Positions 28,405-37,514 are shown, counted from the whole stretch's first letter. The stretch: DNA of 63,535 nucleotides, filler included, from 7 parts of 7 records of this genome joined end to end with filler, not necessarily neighbours in it; one strand, 5' to 3'. The notes: generated by a model not told the origin, from the sequence alone. Numbers and translations: made by a program.

Positions 28405-29850
28405 ATGAGCGAATTTGATCTGGTTATCCGCGGCGGCACGGTCGTCAACGCCTCCGATATTGTGAAGGCCGATGTCGGTGTTCGCGACGGGCGTATCGTT
28501 GCCCTGGGGGAGGCGCTGGGCGCTGGCAAGAAGGAGTTGGATGCATCCGGCAAGCTTGTCATGCCTGGCGGTGTCGACAGCCATTGCCACATCGACCAGC
28601 CCTCCAGCACCGGCGGCCGGAATGCGGAAACTTTCGAGACCGCGACCCGGTCGGCGGCCTGCGGCGGCACCACCTCCGTGGTCTGCTTCGCACCGCAGCA
28701 GAAGGGCGTCGGCCTGGCCGAGGGCGTCGCCGCCTATCACGAGCGGGCGAAATCCGCCTGCATCGATTACAGCTTCCACATCGTCATCAACGATCCGAAC
28801 GACGAGGTCGTCCATGCCGACCTGCCGAAACTGATCGGGGAGGGGCACCGCTCGATCAAGCTGTTCATGACCTATGCCAGCAACCGCGTCGATGACGGGC
28901 AGATCCTGCGCATTCTGGAAGTGGCACGCCGGAACGAGGCGCTGGTCTGCGTGCATGCCGAGAACCATGACGCCATCATGTTCATGACCGAAAAGCTGCT
29001 GGCGGCGGGACATAACGGCACGAAGTACCACGCCTGGTGCAAGCCGGCTCTGGTCGAGCGCGAGGCAACCTACCGGATGATCGCGCTGGCCGAACTGATG
29101 GACCAGCCGATCCAGATCTTCCACGTCACCTGCGGTGAGGCGGCGGAGGAAATCCGCCGGGCGCAGCAGCGCGGCCTGAAGATCTTCGCCGAAACCTGCC
29201 CGCAGTATTTCGTCCTCACCGAGGAGGATCTCGACCGGGACGCGCGGGAAGGGGCGAAATATCTCTGCAGCCCGGCACCGCGCACCAAAGCGGAGCAGGA
29301 GGCGCTCTGGGACTATGTGAAGTCCGGCACGCTCGGCAATGTCACCTCGGATCACGCGCCCTACAATATCGGCGATCCGGACGGCAAGTTCTGGGCTGGT
29401 GACAACGCGCCCTTCAGCAGCATCGCCAACGGCGTGCCGGGCTTGGAAACGCGCATGCCGATCCTGTTCCACGAAGGCGTGGTGAAAGGCCGGATCGACC
29501 TGCAGGAATTCGTCGCCATCACCTCGACCAACGCCGCCAAACTGTTCGGCCTGCATCCGCAGAAAGGTGCCATCGCCGTTGGTGCCGACGCGGATATCGT
29601 GGTCTGGGACGCGGAGAAGAAAACCACCATCAGCCAGGATATCCTGCACCATGCAACGGACTACACACCGTATGAAGGCATGCAAGTAACCGGCTGGCCG
29701 GCGGCCACGGTCGCGCGAGGGGCCGTGGTCTGGAAGGACGGTGAAGACTTCTGTGAGCCGGGCTTTGGCAAGTTCCTCGCGAGGGAACCATACGACTACA
29801 TCAAGCCGCGCGGAGTGTTTCCGACGCCGTTTAATCTCGTGGCGGATTAA
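28405..29850 (+). CDS. hydA: Dihydropyrimidinase / D-hydantoinase
   Basis: 'PGGVDSHCH', 'GGTT', carbamylated-Lys 'SIKLFMTY', 'VHAEN', 'FHVT', 'ETCPQY', 'SDHAP', 'NGVPG.E.R', 'DYTPYEG'. Confidence 0.9.
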   Translation: MSEFDLVIRGGTVVNASDIVKADVGVRDGRIVALGEALGAGKKELDASGKLVMPGGVDSHCHIDQPSSTGGRNAETFETATRSAACGGTTSVVCFAPQQKGVGLAEGVAAYHERAKSACIDYSFHIVINDPNDEVVHADLPKLIGEGHRSIKLFMTYASNRVDDGQILRILEVARRNEALVCVHAENHDAIMFMTEKLLAAGHNGTKYHAWCKPALVEREATYRMIALAELMDQPIQIFHVTCGEAAEEIRRAQQRGLKIFAETCPQYFVLTEEDLDRDAREGAKYLCSPAPRTKAEQEALWDYVKSGTLGNVTSDHAPYNIGDPDGKFWAGDNAPFSSIANGVPGLETRMPILFHEGVVKGRIDLQEFVAITSTNAAKLFGLHPQKGAIAVGADADIVVWDAEKKTTISQDILHHATDYTPYEGMQVTGWPAATVARGAVVWKDGEDFCEPGFGKFLAREPYDYIKPRGVFPTPFNLVAD

Positions 29851-29880
29851 GCCGGGATTCAGTCTGTGACGGTCTGAATC

Positions 29881-29910
29881 AGAAAGAGCGGCCTTGGGCC
29901 GCCCTTTCTT
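29881..29910. terminator. Bidirectional intrinsic terminator
   Basis: AGAAAGAGCGGCC-TTG-GGCCGCCCTTTCTT between convergent hydA and RTX genes. Confidence 0.7.
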
Positions 29911-29933
29911 GGTTTGTCCGTATCGGCCTAAGG

Positions 29934-30191
29934 TCAGACGATGTAGCCGATGGTAAAGGTGCTCTCGTCTACACCGATCAGCGTCAATGTATCGCCATTC
30001 CCAAAATCGAGCAGGGTATTGCCGTTGCCGTCGTCGCTCTTGATTGCATCGAGTGCTGTCTGGTCGGTAATGCCGAAAGAGGCATCGAGCGAGATGCTGT
30101 CCGATCCCGTCCCGAAATCTGAGATCGCATCGGCACCGTCTCCATCCGCGAAGACGAACAGATCATCCCCGCCAGAGCCGAATATTGTGTC
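29934..30191 (-). CDS. C-terminal fragment of an RTX/hemolysin-type Ca-binding, type I-secreted protein (5'-truncated by contig end)
   Basis: Manual translation: DTIFGSGGDDLFVFADGDGADAISDFGTGSDSISL…LDFGNGDTLTLIGV…IGYIV*; absent from the supplied ORF track. Confidence 0.8.
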   Translation of the reverse strand, partial: DTIFGSGGDDLFVFADGDGADAISDFGTGSDSISLDASFGITDQTALDAIKSDDGNGNTLLDFGNGDTLTLIGVDESTFTIGYIV

Positions 30192-30192
30192 G

Positions 30193-30292
30193 NNNNNNNN
30201 NNNNNNNNNNNNNNNNNNNNNNNNNNNNNNNNNNNNTTAATTAATTAANNNNNNNNNNNNNNNNNNNNNNNNNNNNNNNNNNNNNNNNNNNN
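30193..30292. other. Artificial contig spacer
   Basis: 44 N + TTAATTAATTAA (stops in six frames) + 44 N. Confidence 0.99.
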
Positions 30293-30381
30293 CGGCCTCG
30301 ACGACGGGGCGGATGGTCCGGTGGATGCCAGTGCGTCCGGCGGTGGGGCTGCGGGCGCGCATGGCGATGCAGGCAAGGCTG

Positions 30382-31296
30382 ATGACGGCAACCGTCCGAC
30401 CTGACATTCCCTATTTCCCGCCGGAAGGTGGCCGGTTCCGCATGGTGCTGGGGCTGAAGGTGCTGCCCGACGCCGACTGGATCGAGATCGACAGCGCCTT
30501 TGCCCGTGATCTGGCCGAAAAGCGTCGATTGCTCGATAATTCCCCCGATGCCGTGTTCCGGATGATGCCGGGCAGCGAACCTGCACAGCAGGAATTCATC
30601 GACCATCTGACCCGTCATCTGCTGATCCACCATGCCGACCGCTTTACCGGCACGCCTGATCATCTGCATGTCGGCGATACGGGTGTGGATGTGCGGCCCG
30701 ATCCGGCGGCCCCCCTGCGTGCAGCGGCGGCGCTGGTGCAGGAAGACGTTCTGTTGCTGCAACGCGACGCGGATGCCTTTCACCTGGTGGCCGGCCTGCT
30801 TGCGTTCCCCACCCGCTGGTCGCTGGCGGAGAAGATGGGGCAACCGCTGTCGGTGATCCATGCCCCGGTTCCCGGCTATGACACCCATCTGGCGCGGCCG
30901 ATGGACCGGCTGTTCGACAGGCTGGTCCCCGGTCGGTTGCTCTGGCGGACCAACTGGTCGTTGCTGGATGATCCGGCGCTGCACCAGCCCGGCGGGCACG
31001 GGCAGGGCCGTGCAGGGGCCGCCCTGACGCCGGACACGATCGGCGATCATCTCTGGTTCCGGGTGGAGCGCCAGACGCTCAGCCTGCTGCCCGAAACAGC
31101 CACCGCAGTCTTCACCGTGCGCATCCATCAGGCCAGCCTGACCGATCAGGTGAAATCCCCGACGCAGGCGCGTGACCTGCTGTCGGCGATTCAGCAGATG
31201 CCGGACGCGATGCGCCGCTACAAGTCCATGCCCGGGTTCCTGCCCGCGCTGGGACACTGGCTGTCGTCACGGGCCAACAGCGCGCAAACCGGCTGA
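30382..31296 (+). CDS. DUF3445 / heme-dependent oxidative N-demethylase alpha-subunit-like protein
   Basis: 'VQEDVLLL', 'FPTRWSL.EK.G.PL..IHAPVP', 'RTNWS', 'RVERQTL..LP.T..VFT.R'. Confidence 0.85.
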   Translation: MTATVRPDIPYFPPEGGRFRMVLGLKVLPDADWIEIDSAFARDLAEKRRLLDNSPDAVFRMMPGSEPAQQEFIDHLTRHLLIHHADRFTGTPDHLHVGDTGVDVRPDPAAPLRAAAALVQEDVLLLQRDADAFHLVAGLLAFPTRWSLAEKMGQPLSVIHAPVPGYDTHLARPMDRLFDRLVPGRLLWRTNWSLLDDPALHQPGGHGQGRAGAALTPDTIGDHLWFRVERQTLSLLPETATAVFTVRIHQASLTDQVKSPTQARDLLSAIQQMPDAMRRYKSMPGFLPALGHWLSSRANSAQTG

Positions 31297-31341
31297 AATG
31301 AACGGGTCTGCTTGATGCAGCAGGGGGCTGCCGCAAAAGCG

Positions 31342-31371
31342 TTCGACCCGGATTCTGTCATATGCTATCAT
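31342..31371 (+). promoter_or_regulatory. Candidate sigma70 promoter for the cold-shock gene
   Basis: TTCGAC, 18-bp spacer, TG-C-TATCAT extended -10; about 210 nt upstream of the ATG. Confidence 0.45.
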
Positions 31372-31585
31372 CGAAAGCGCGACTGACGCGGACCTGATTT
31401 ACGACAGTCCTCACTCGGGCAGCCAACAGGATCGCGCCGCAAGCGTCTGCGGTCCCGATCCGCTTTCAGATGGTTTTCTGCAACCAGATCATCATCTTCC
31501 GGCGGACGGCCCACAAGACACGGTCGCCATGCATGGGGCTGATCTTGCGGCCGCTCCGAGCTTGTTGCGCCTGGGAGAATCTTTG

Positions 31586-31789
31586 ATGGCGACCGGTACG
31601 GTTAAGTGGTTCAACACCACAAAGGGTTATGGCTTCATTCAGCCTGATGACGGCGGCAAGGATGTCTTTGTCCACGTCACAGCGGTGGAAGCGGCGGGCC
31701 TGCGCGGCCTGAACGATGGCCAGAAGATCAGTTTTGACATCATTCCTGACCGCGGGAAAAGCGCGGCCGGAAATCTCGAACTGCTCTGA
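31586..31789 (+). CDS. Cold-shock protein (CspA family)
   Basis: 'GTVKWFN..KGYGFI' RNP1 and 'DVFVH' RNP2; GGAG RBS. Confidence 0.96.
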   Translation: MATGTVKWFNTTKGYGFIQPDDGGKDVFVHVTAVEAAGLRGLNDGQKISFDIIPDRGKSAAGNLELL

Positions 31790-31822
31790 CGAAAAAGGCT
31801 TCAGATCAGACTGGAACTGCGG

Positions 31823-31852
31823 AATACCCCGGCCTCACCGCCGGGGTATTTT
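31823..31852 (+). terminator. Intrinsic terminator after csp
   Basis: AATACCCCGGC-CTCACC-GCCGGGGTATT followed by TT. Confidence 0.75.
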
Positions 31853-31959
31853 CGTATGGCGTGGCGACGCGGAAGGCGCGCGGGGGAGAGGGCCGGTGTC
31901 GCCATCAGACAACCGAACGGTCCAGCCCGCCAGCTATCGGGCTGGTCAGACCGGAACCG

Positions 31960-32958
31960 TCAGAAATTGCCGCGGATCTGATTGTCCAGATCGTCCTCGA
32001 TGAAATGGCGGACAATCTCGTCGATGGAGGCGTCGGTATGGATGCCGAGAGCCTCCGCACGGGCGCCTTTGGTGCCGGACGGCCAGCCGTTGACGATGGC
32101 CTGGGTTGCGGGGTCCGGTTTGAAGTTGATCGCACCCAGCTTGCGGTTGCCGCGATTGCGGATCACCGCTTCCTGCATTTCCCCGGCCGTGGCGGTAAAT
32201 CCCGACAGCAGCAGCGTGCGCCAGTCGCCCAGCTCCGCGGCGGCGACTTCATGCGCGGTGATGAAGGCATCGACAACGCGGCGCGGGCTCATCATCGCCA
32301 TGGCACTTTCCGGCGACACCGGCACATCCATGTCGACGCCGCAGAGCGGTTCCCGGATCATCGAACTGGCCCATGTCGATGCCGCCCGGTTGGGCTTGCC
32401 CGTGCGGACGGATATGGTGGGCAGCCGCAGTGACCGGGCGTCCAGAAAGCCTTTCCGCGATGCATCGTTCAGCAACTGCTCGCCGCAGGCCTTGGCAACG
32501 CCATAGCTGGTCTGGGGCGTGATCGGGGTTTCGTCGGTCACCGTGTCAGGCAAGCCGGACCCGCCATAGACCGCAACGGAACTGGCAAAGACGACCTTTG
32601 GCGGCTTGGCCAGGCCCCGCGCTGCCTGGATCACGTTGCGGGTGCCATCCAGATTGATCCGCATGCCGAGGTCGTAGTCTTCCTCCGCATGGGCGGAAAC
32701 GATGGCGGCGAGGTGGAAGATGCTGTCTGCATCCGTTCCCACGACCGCAGCCACCTGTGCCGCATCCGTGATGTCGCCCGCAATCGTGGTGACACGGGCA
32801 TCGCCTTCAAAGCCTGCGGCCTCGACGACATCGAACAGGGTAACCGCTGTTACGGGCCGTTCCTGACCTGTCGCATCGGTCAGGCTGCCACGTTCCAGAA
32901 TCTGGCGCGCCAGCCGCTTCCCGATGAACCCGGCACCGCCGGTGATGACAATGCGCAT
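31960..32958 (-). CDS. NAD-dependent epimerase/dehydrogenase, D-erythronate dehydrogenase (DenD)-like
   Basis: 'ITGGAGFIG', 'FHLAAIVSAHAE', 'PQTSYGVAK', 'RLPTI.VR.GKPNRAAS…IREPL'; start uncertain (32958, 32973 or 32988). Confidence 0.82.
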   Translation of the reverse strand: MRIVITGGAGFIGKRLARQILERGSLTDATGQERPVTAVTLFDVVEAAGFEGDARVTTIAGDITDAAQVAAVVGTDADSIFHLAAIVSAHAEEDYDLGMRINLDGTRNVIQAARGLAKPPKVVFASSVAVYGGSGLPDTVTDETPITPQTSYGVAKACGEQLLNDASRKGFLDARSLRLPTISVRTGKPNRAASTWASSMIREPLCGVDMDVPVSPESAMAMMSPRRVVDAFITAHEVAAAELGDWRTLLLSGFTATAGEMQEAVIRNRGNRKLGAINFKPDPATQAIVNGWPSGTKGARAEALGIHTDASIDEIVRHFIEDDLDNQIRGNF

Positions 32959-32989
32959 ACCCGCATCCTTCATGTCAGTTGTCCCCATC

Positions 32990-33436
32990 TCAGTGGCTTT
33001 CGCGCGGAATCGGCGCGCCGGAACCGCCAACCAGGAAGTCCAGGTCACAGCCCTCATGCGCCTGCATCACGTGATCATGGTACAGGCGAACGTACCCCCG
33101 CTCCGTCGGGCGCACCGGCGGTTTCCAGGCGGCGCGGCGGGTGGCCAGTTCCGCATCGCTGACATCCAGATGCAGCCGGCGGTTGGGCACATCCAGTTCG
33201 ATCATGTCGCCGGTCTGCACCAGTGCCAGCGGTCCCCCGGCGGCTGATTCCGGGCTGACGTGCAGAACGACCGCGCCATAGGCGGTGCCGGACATGCGGG
33301 CGTCGGAGATGCGGACCATGTCGGTGATGCCCTTGCGCAGCACCTTGGCGGGCAGGGGGAAATTGCCAACCTCCGGCATGCCGGGATAGCCACGCGGTCC
33401 CGCGCCTTTCAGCACCATGATGCAGGTTTCGTCGAT
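32990..33436 (-). CDS. IlvD/Edd-family sugar-acid dehydratase, C-terminal part (truncated by contig end)
   Basis: 'GPRGYPGMPEVG', 'DMVRISDARMSGTAYG..VLHVSPE', 'Q.HEGCDLDFL…PRESH'. Confidence 0.9.
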   Translation of the reverse strand: MDETCIMVLKGAGPRGYPGMPEVGNFPLPAKVLRKGITDMVRISDARMSGTAYGAVVLHVSPESAAGGPLALVQTGDMIELDVPNRRLHLDVSDAELATRRAAWKPPVRPTERGYVRLYHDHVMQAHEGCDLDFLVGGSGAPIPRESH

Positions 33437-33536
33437 NNNNNNNNNNNNNNNNNNNNNNNNNNNNNNNNNNNNNNNNNNNNTTAATTAATTAANNNNNNNN
33501 NNNNNNNNNNNNNNNNNNNNNNNNNNNNNNNNNNNN
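33437..33536. other. Artificial contig spacer
   Basis: N44-TTAATTAATTAA-N44. Confidence 0.99.
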
Positions 33537-33537
33537 G

Positions 33538-33687
33538 CCCGACGCGTTCTCCGGTCAGGATTATTTCCCGGAAAGCATGGGCCGCAAGACCTTCTACGAT
33601 CCGCCGGAGCGCGGTTTCGAGCGCGACATTCGCAAGCGTCTCGATTTCTGGTCGCGGCTCAGGAAAGAGCGGTCAGGCAAGGGGTAG
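33538..33687 (+). CDS. rarA: Replication-associated recombination protein RarA/MgsA, C-terminal fragment
   Basis: Manual translation PDAFSGQDYFPESMGRKTFYDPPERGFERDIRKRLDFWSRLRKERSGKG*; rarA…crcB-rluC-HAD synteny is common in alphaproteobacteria. Confidence 0.85.
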   Translation, partial: PDAFSGQDYFPESMGRKTFYDPPERGFERDIRKRLDFWSRLRKERSGKG

Positions 33688-33692
33688 GGGCA

Positions 33693-34733
33693 ATGGGCGC
33701 TGGGACGGCTGAAGACAGGCTCAGGGTAGGCATCATGGGAGCCGGGGCCATCGGGCTTTATGTCGGCGGCATGCTCGCCGAAGCGGGCGCTCAGGTGGTG
33801 TTCGCAGCCCGCGGGCGCACACGCGACTCTGTCGCGCGCGGCCTGTCCCTGTCGCGCTACGACGGTTTCAAGGCGGCCTTGAAGCCGGAGCGCTACGAGG
33901 TCGGCGGCGTCGACAGCCTGGGCACCTGCGATGTGGTGCTCTTCTGCACCAAGTCGGCTGACACCGAAGCCGCGGCAGTCGACCTCGCCAGGGTTCTCAA
34001 GGCAGATGCAACAGTCATCAGCCTGCAAAACGGCGTCGGCAATGTCGAGATGCTGAAACGGCTGCTGCCACGGCATCAAGTGGTCGCTGGTACGATTCCG
34101 TTCAACGTTGTGCGCCTGTCGCCCAATGCGGTGCATTGCGCCATGGAGGGTCCGGTTCTGATCGGCCCCTCGGATGCATCCACCAGGCTGTCAGCCCTTG
34201 CGGCAGGCTCCCGCCTGAAACTCCGGATCCATGACAATCTCGACGCCATGCAGTGGGGCAAGCTTCTGCTGAACCTCAACAACGGCCTCAACGTGATCAG
34301 CGGCCTGCCGCTGCGCCGGCAGTTCGAAGATCCCGGTTACCGTAAGGTGCTGGCCATGGCGATGGAGGAACTGCTGGCCGCTCTCGATGCCGCCGGTATA
34401 AGCGTCATTGGCGCAACCCGCACCAGCCCGCGGCTGATCCCGAAAGTCCTGCGCCTGCCGACCTGGCTGTTCCGCCTTGCCGCCCGCCAGCAACTGAGGA
34501 TGGACGATACGGCGCGATCCTCCTCCTGGGATGACCTGAAGGCGGGCAGGGAGCCCGAAACCCGCTTTCTCAATGGCGCCGTCTCATCGCTTGCCGAGGC
34601 ACATGGCCGCACGGCGCCTGTCAACGAACTGATCTGCCGCCTGGTCGGCGAGGCCTTTGCCGCGAAGGCCTCACCCCAAATGCCCGGGGACAAGCTTCTG
34701 GCGCTGGCCCGGAGGGCTTTGGCCGGGCGGTAA
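33693..34733 (+). CDS. panE: 2-dehydropantoate 2-reductase family protein
   Basis: 'GAGAIG', 'CTKS', 'SLQNGV', 'WGKLLLN', 'RSS.WDDL..GR.PE…NG'. Confidence 0.85.
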   Translation: MGAGTAEDRLRVGIMGAGAIGLYVGGMLAEAGAQVVFAARGRTRDSVARGLSLSRYDGFKAALKPERYEVGGVDSLGTCDVVLFCTKSADTEAAAVDLARVLKADATVISLQNGVGNVEMLKRLLPRHQVVAGTIPFNVVRLSPNAVHCAMEGPVLIGPSDASTRLSALAAGSRLKLRIHDNLDAMQWGKLLLNLNNGLNVISGLPLRRQFEDPGYRKVLAMAMEELLAALDAAGISVIGATRTSPRLIPKVLRLPTWLFRLAARQQLRMDDTARSSSWDDLKAGREPETRFLNGAVSSLAEAHGRTAPVNELICRLVGEAFAAKASPQMPGDKLLALARRALAGR

Positions 34734-34755
34734 TGGGCTTTGCGGTTCGCTGCCA

Positions 34756-34769
34756 TTGACTTGCGTCAA
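34756..34769 (+). promoter_or_regulatory. FNR/FnrL/FixK-type binding box
   Basis: TTGAC-TTGC-GTCAA perfect palindrome (consensus TTGAT-N4-ATCAA), centred about 64 bp before the flavodoxin ATG. Confidence 0.65.
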
Positions 34770-34826
34770 TGCCTGTCTCGCCGAAGCGTTGCATTCTGGC
34801 CTTAATCGAACAAGGAGGACGCACCC

Positions 34827-35375
34827 ATGACGGTTCTGGTTCTTTACGCTACCATCGAGGGGCATACCCGCAAGATTGCCGAACGCGCCGCTTCAAAGCT
34901 CGAGGAAGCAGGCCAGATCGTGGTGCTTGGCGATGTCCGCGAACCCGGCTTCGCCGTTCCGGGCCGCTTTGACGGCGTGCTGATCTGCGCGCCCATTCAC
35001 ATCGGGCGTTATCCCACGTCCGTGGCGCAGTTCCTCATCGACTGGAAGGCGGCCCTTGCCGAGGTTCCGACGGCGCTGGTGTCGGTCTCGCTTGGCATTC
35101 GCAGCGGCAGCGCCGAAGACCGCGCGGAGGCGGAGGAATATCCGGCCAAGCTGGAAAGGAAGACCGGATTTCATATCCCCAAGGTCCATCATGCCGCCGG
35201 TGCGCTGAAGTATCTCGAATATGATTTCTTCAAGCGCGCGCTGATGCGTCAGATCGCCGAGAAGGAAGGCGGGCCGGTGGATACCAGCCAGGATCACGAA
35301 TTCACCGACTGGGCGGCGCTCGATGCCTTCGTGCAGGAGTTTGCCGACGACGTGGCGCTGGCGGCAAAGGCCTGA
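34827..35375 (+). CDS. Flavodoxin-domain protein, HemG (protoporphyrinogen oxidase)-like
   Basis: 'LYATIEGHTRKIA', 'APIHIGRY', 'AGALKY..Y.FFKR..MRQI', 'DTSQDHEFTDW'; AAGGAGG RBS. Confidence 0.85.
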   Translation: MTVLVLYATIEGHTRKIAERAASKLEEAGQIVVLGDVREPGFAVPGRFDGVLICAPIHIGRYPTSVAQFLIDWKAALAEVPTALVSVSLGIRSGSAEDRAEAEEYPAKLERKTGFHIPKVHHAAGALKYLEYDFFKRALMRQIAEKEGGPVDTSQDHEFTDWAALDAFVQEFADDVALAAKA

Positions 35376-35462
35376 TTGCCCGCTGACCGGCGGCCGCGGA
35401 TAAGTCGGCCCTGGCGTGCGCGATGGCTTTATCGCGGTGCGGTTTTCCGCTAAGCACCGGGG

Positions 35463-35837
35463 ATGAATGCAATTGCGCTTGTTTTTGTCGGTGGCGGCCT
35501 GGGCGCCGTGTCTCGCCATCTCTCCGGGATGCTGGTGACCCGAGCCGTTGGCCCCGGCTTTCCCTGGGGCACGATGCTGGTCAACATCGCCGGCTCGCTG
35601 GCGATGGGCCTGCTGATTGCCTGGCTGGCCCGCCGCTCATCGGGTGACGCCGACCTGCGGTTGTTGCTGGCAACCGGATTTCTGGGTGGATTTACCACAT
35701 TTTCGGCGTTTTCGCTCGATGCGGTGACGCTTTACGAGCGTGGCGCGTTGACGGCGGCGGCTGCCTATGTGATTGCCAGCGTCACAGTTTCCATTCTGGC
35801 GTTGTTTGGCGGGCTTTGGCTGGCGCGCCAGCTCTAA
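35463..35837 (+). CDS. crcB: Fluoride channel Fluc/CrcB
   Basis: 'GGGLGA..R', 'FPWGT..VN..GS', 'TGFLGGFTTFSAF'. Confidence 0.95.
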   Translation: MNAIALVFVGGGLGAVSRHLSGMLVTRAVGPGFPWGTMLVNIAGSLAMGLLIAWLARRSSGDADLRLLLATGFLGGFTTFSAFSLDAVTLYERGALTAAAAYVIASVTVSILALFGGLWLARQL

Positions 35838-35862
35838 GTCCCGGAACAAAGAGATAATCGAT

Positions 35863-36852
35863 ATGGCGGGCGTACAGCTCATACAGGTTGATCCCGATGA
35901 ATCGGGCATGCGGCTCGATCGCTGGTTCAAGGTTCATTTTCCGGGCCTCGGTTTCGGGCCGTTGCAAAAGCTGCTCCGCTCGGGGCAGATCCGCGTCGAT
36001 GGCGGCCGGGTCAAATCCGACGCACGGGTGCAGGCTGGACAAACCGTGCGCGTCCCGCCTCTGGATGTTGACGAGAAGGCGGCCGGTCCACTGACGGCCA
36101 AGACCATGCGCGGCAGCAATGACCACGAGGTGCTAAGCCAGATGCTGCTGCATGAGGACGCCAAGGTGCTGGTGTTCAACAAGCCCGCGGGCCTTGCCGT
36201 GCAGGGCGGTTCTGGCGTCACCCGCAATGTTGACGAGATGCTTGAGGCCTGGCGAAACAAGAAGGGCGAGAAGCCCCGGCTCGTGCACCGGCTCGACCGC
36301 GATACCGCCGGTGTCCTGGTGGTGGCGCGCACCCGCGGCGCGGCCCAGGCGCTGACTGCCGCGTTCCGCGAGCGCACCACCAAGAAGACCTACTGGGCGC
36401 TGGTCAAGGGCGTGCCGCGCAGCAAGGAAGGCAAGATCTCCACCTGGCTGATCAAGGAAGCCACCGAGGACGGTGACCGGATGCGCATCGCCAAGCACGG
36501 CGAACAGGGCGCCGATCATGCGGTTTCCTACTACCGGGTCATTGACCAGGCAGCGCAGAACCTCGCCTGGCTGGAGTTCGAACCCTATACCGGCCGCACC
36601 CACCAGCTGCGCGTGCACGCGCAGCACATCGGCCACCCGATCATCGGCGATCCGAAATATTTCGAGTTCGACAAGAACTGGGAACTCCCCAGCGGCCTGC
36701 AGAACCGGTTGCACCTTCTGGCGCGCCACATCTCCATTCCCCATCCCGATGGCGGCCGGCTCTCGGTCACTGCACCCTTGCCGCCGCACATGGTGCAAAG
36801 CTGGAACCTGCTCGGCTTCGACGAGGCGAGCGGCGGGGAACCCGAGGAATGA
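35863..36852 (+). CDS. RluA-family (RluC-like) pseudouridine synthase
   Basis: S4 domain 'MRLDRWF…LRSGQIRVDG', 'NKPAGLAVQGG', catalytic 'HRLDRDT', 'TGRTHQLRVH', 'HPIIGD.KY'. Confidence 0.93.
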   Translation: MAGVQLIQVDPDESGMRLDRWFKVHFPGLGFGPLQKLLRSGQIRVDGGRVKSDARVQAGQTVRVPPLDVDEKAAGPLTAKTMRGSNDHEVLSQMLLHEDAKVLVFNKPAGLAVQGGSGVTRNVDEMLEAWRNKKGEKPRLVHRLDRDTAGVLVVARTRGAAQALTAAFRERTTKKTYWALVKGVPRSKEGKISTWLIKEATEDGDRMRIAKHGEQGADHAVSYYRVIDQAAQNLAWLEFEPYTGRTHQLRVHAQHIGHPIIGDPKYFEFDKNWELPSGLQNRLHLLARHISIPHPDGGRLSVTAPLPPHMVQSWNLLGFDEASGGEPEE

Positions 36853-37414
36853 AGCTCGCCCTTTTTGACTGCGACGGCACGATTGTCGACAGCGCCGCGG
36901 TGATCCACACCTGCATGGAGCGCACCTTCGACGATTTCGGCGTGACCCGGCCTGCGCTTGCGCACACCAAGTCGATCATCGGGCTGACGCTGGATATCGC
37001 GATTGCACAGATGCTCGGCCGTCCGGTGGATCCCGAGGTCGCCGCCATGACCGCCCGCTACAAGGAGCATTTCATGCTGCACCGTCAGAACGGCGGTGCG
37101 CTTGAACCCGCCTATGATGGCCTGCTGCCGCTGATTTCGGCGCTTGCCGCGCGCGACGACGTGATCCTCGGTGTGGTCACCGGCAAGTCACGCCGCGGGC
37201 TGGACGCGATCCTCGCCCACCACGGCATCACCAGCCTGTTCTTTACCACCCGCACCGCCGACGATTGCCCATCCAAGCCGCATCCGGCGATGGTGCTGGA
37301 ATGCTGCGCGGAAGCGGGCATCGACCCCGAGCGGACGACGGTGATCGGCGACGCGGTCTACGACATGCAGATGGCGGTCAGCGCCGGCGCCAGGGCGGTC
37401 GGCGTGTCCTGGGG
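36849..37414 (+). CDS. HAD-IA family hydrolase (3'-truncated)
   Basis: 'LFDCDGTIVDS', 'TGKSRRG', 'SKPHP', 'IGDAVYD'. Confidence 0.9.
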
Positions 37415-37514
37415 NNNNNNNNNNNNNNNNNNNNNNNNNNNNNNNNNNNNNNNNNNNNTTAATTAATTAANNNNNNNNNNNNNNNNNNNNNNNNNNNNNN
37501 NNNNNNNNNNNNNN
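37415..37514. other. Artificial contig spacer
   Basis: N44-TTAATTAATTAA-N44. Confidence 0.99.

Noticed and set aside
25399-29685. Very long antisense ORFs (500, 651 and 459 aa) opposite the amidohydrolase genes, with similar shadows elsewhere (e.g. 42209-43612, 7482-8555)
   Set aside because: They mirror well-supported genes in high-GC DNA where antisense stops are rare, and show no recognisable motifs.
30237-30248. Recurrent TTAATTAATTAA as a biological repeat, CtrA site or CRISPR
   Set aside because: It is always embedded in N runs with identical geometry, so it is a synthetic six-frame-stop linker.
35412-35462. Possible fluoride riboswitch before crcB (CGCGATGG…ATCGCG hairpin, then GCGG-TTTT-CCGC-TAAGCACC)
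   Set aside because: It lacks the conserved 3' (U)RAUGAC-type segment and a clean pseudoknot, and could simply be promoter sequence. A cmsearch with the Rfam crcB model would settle it.
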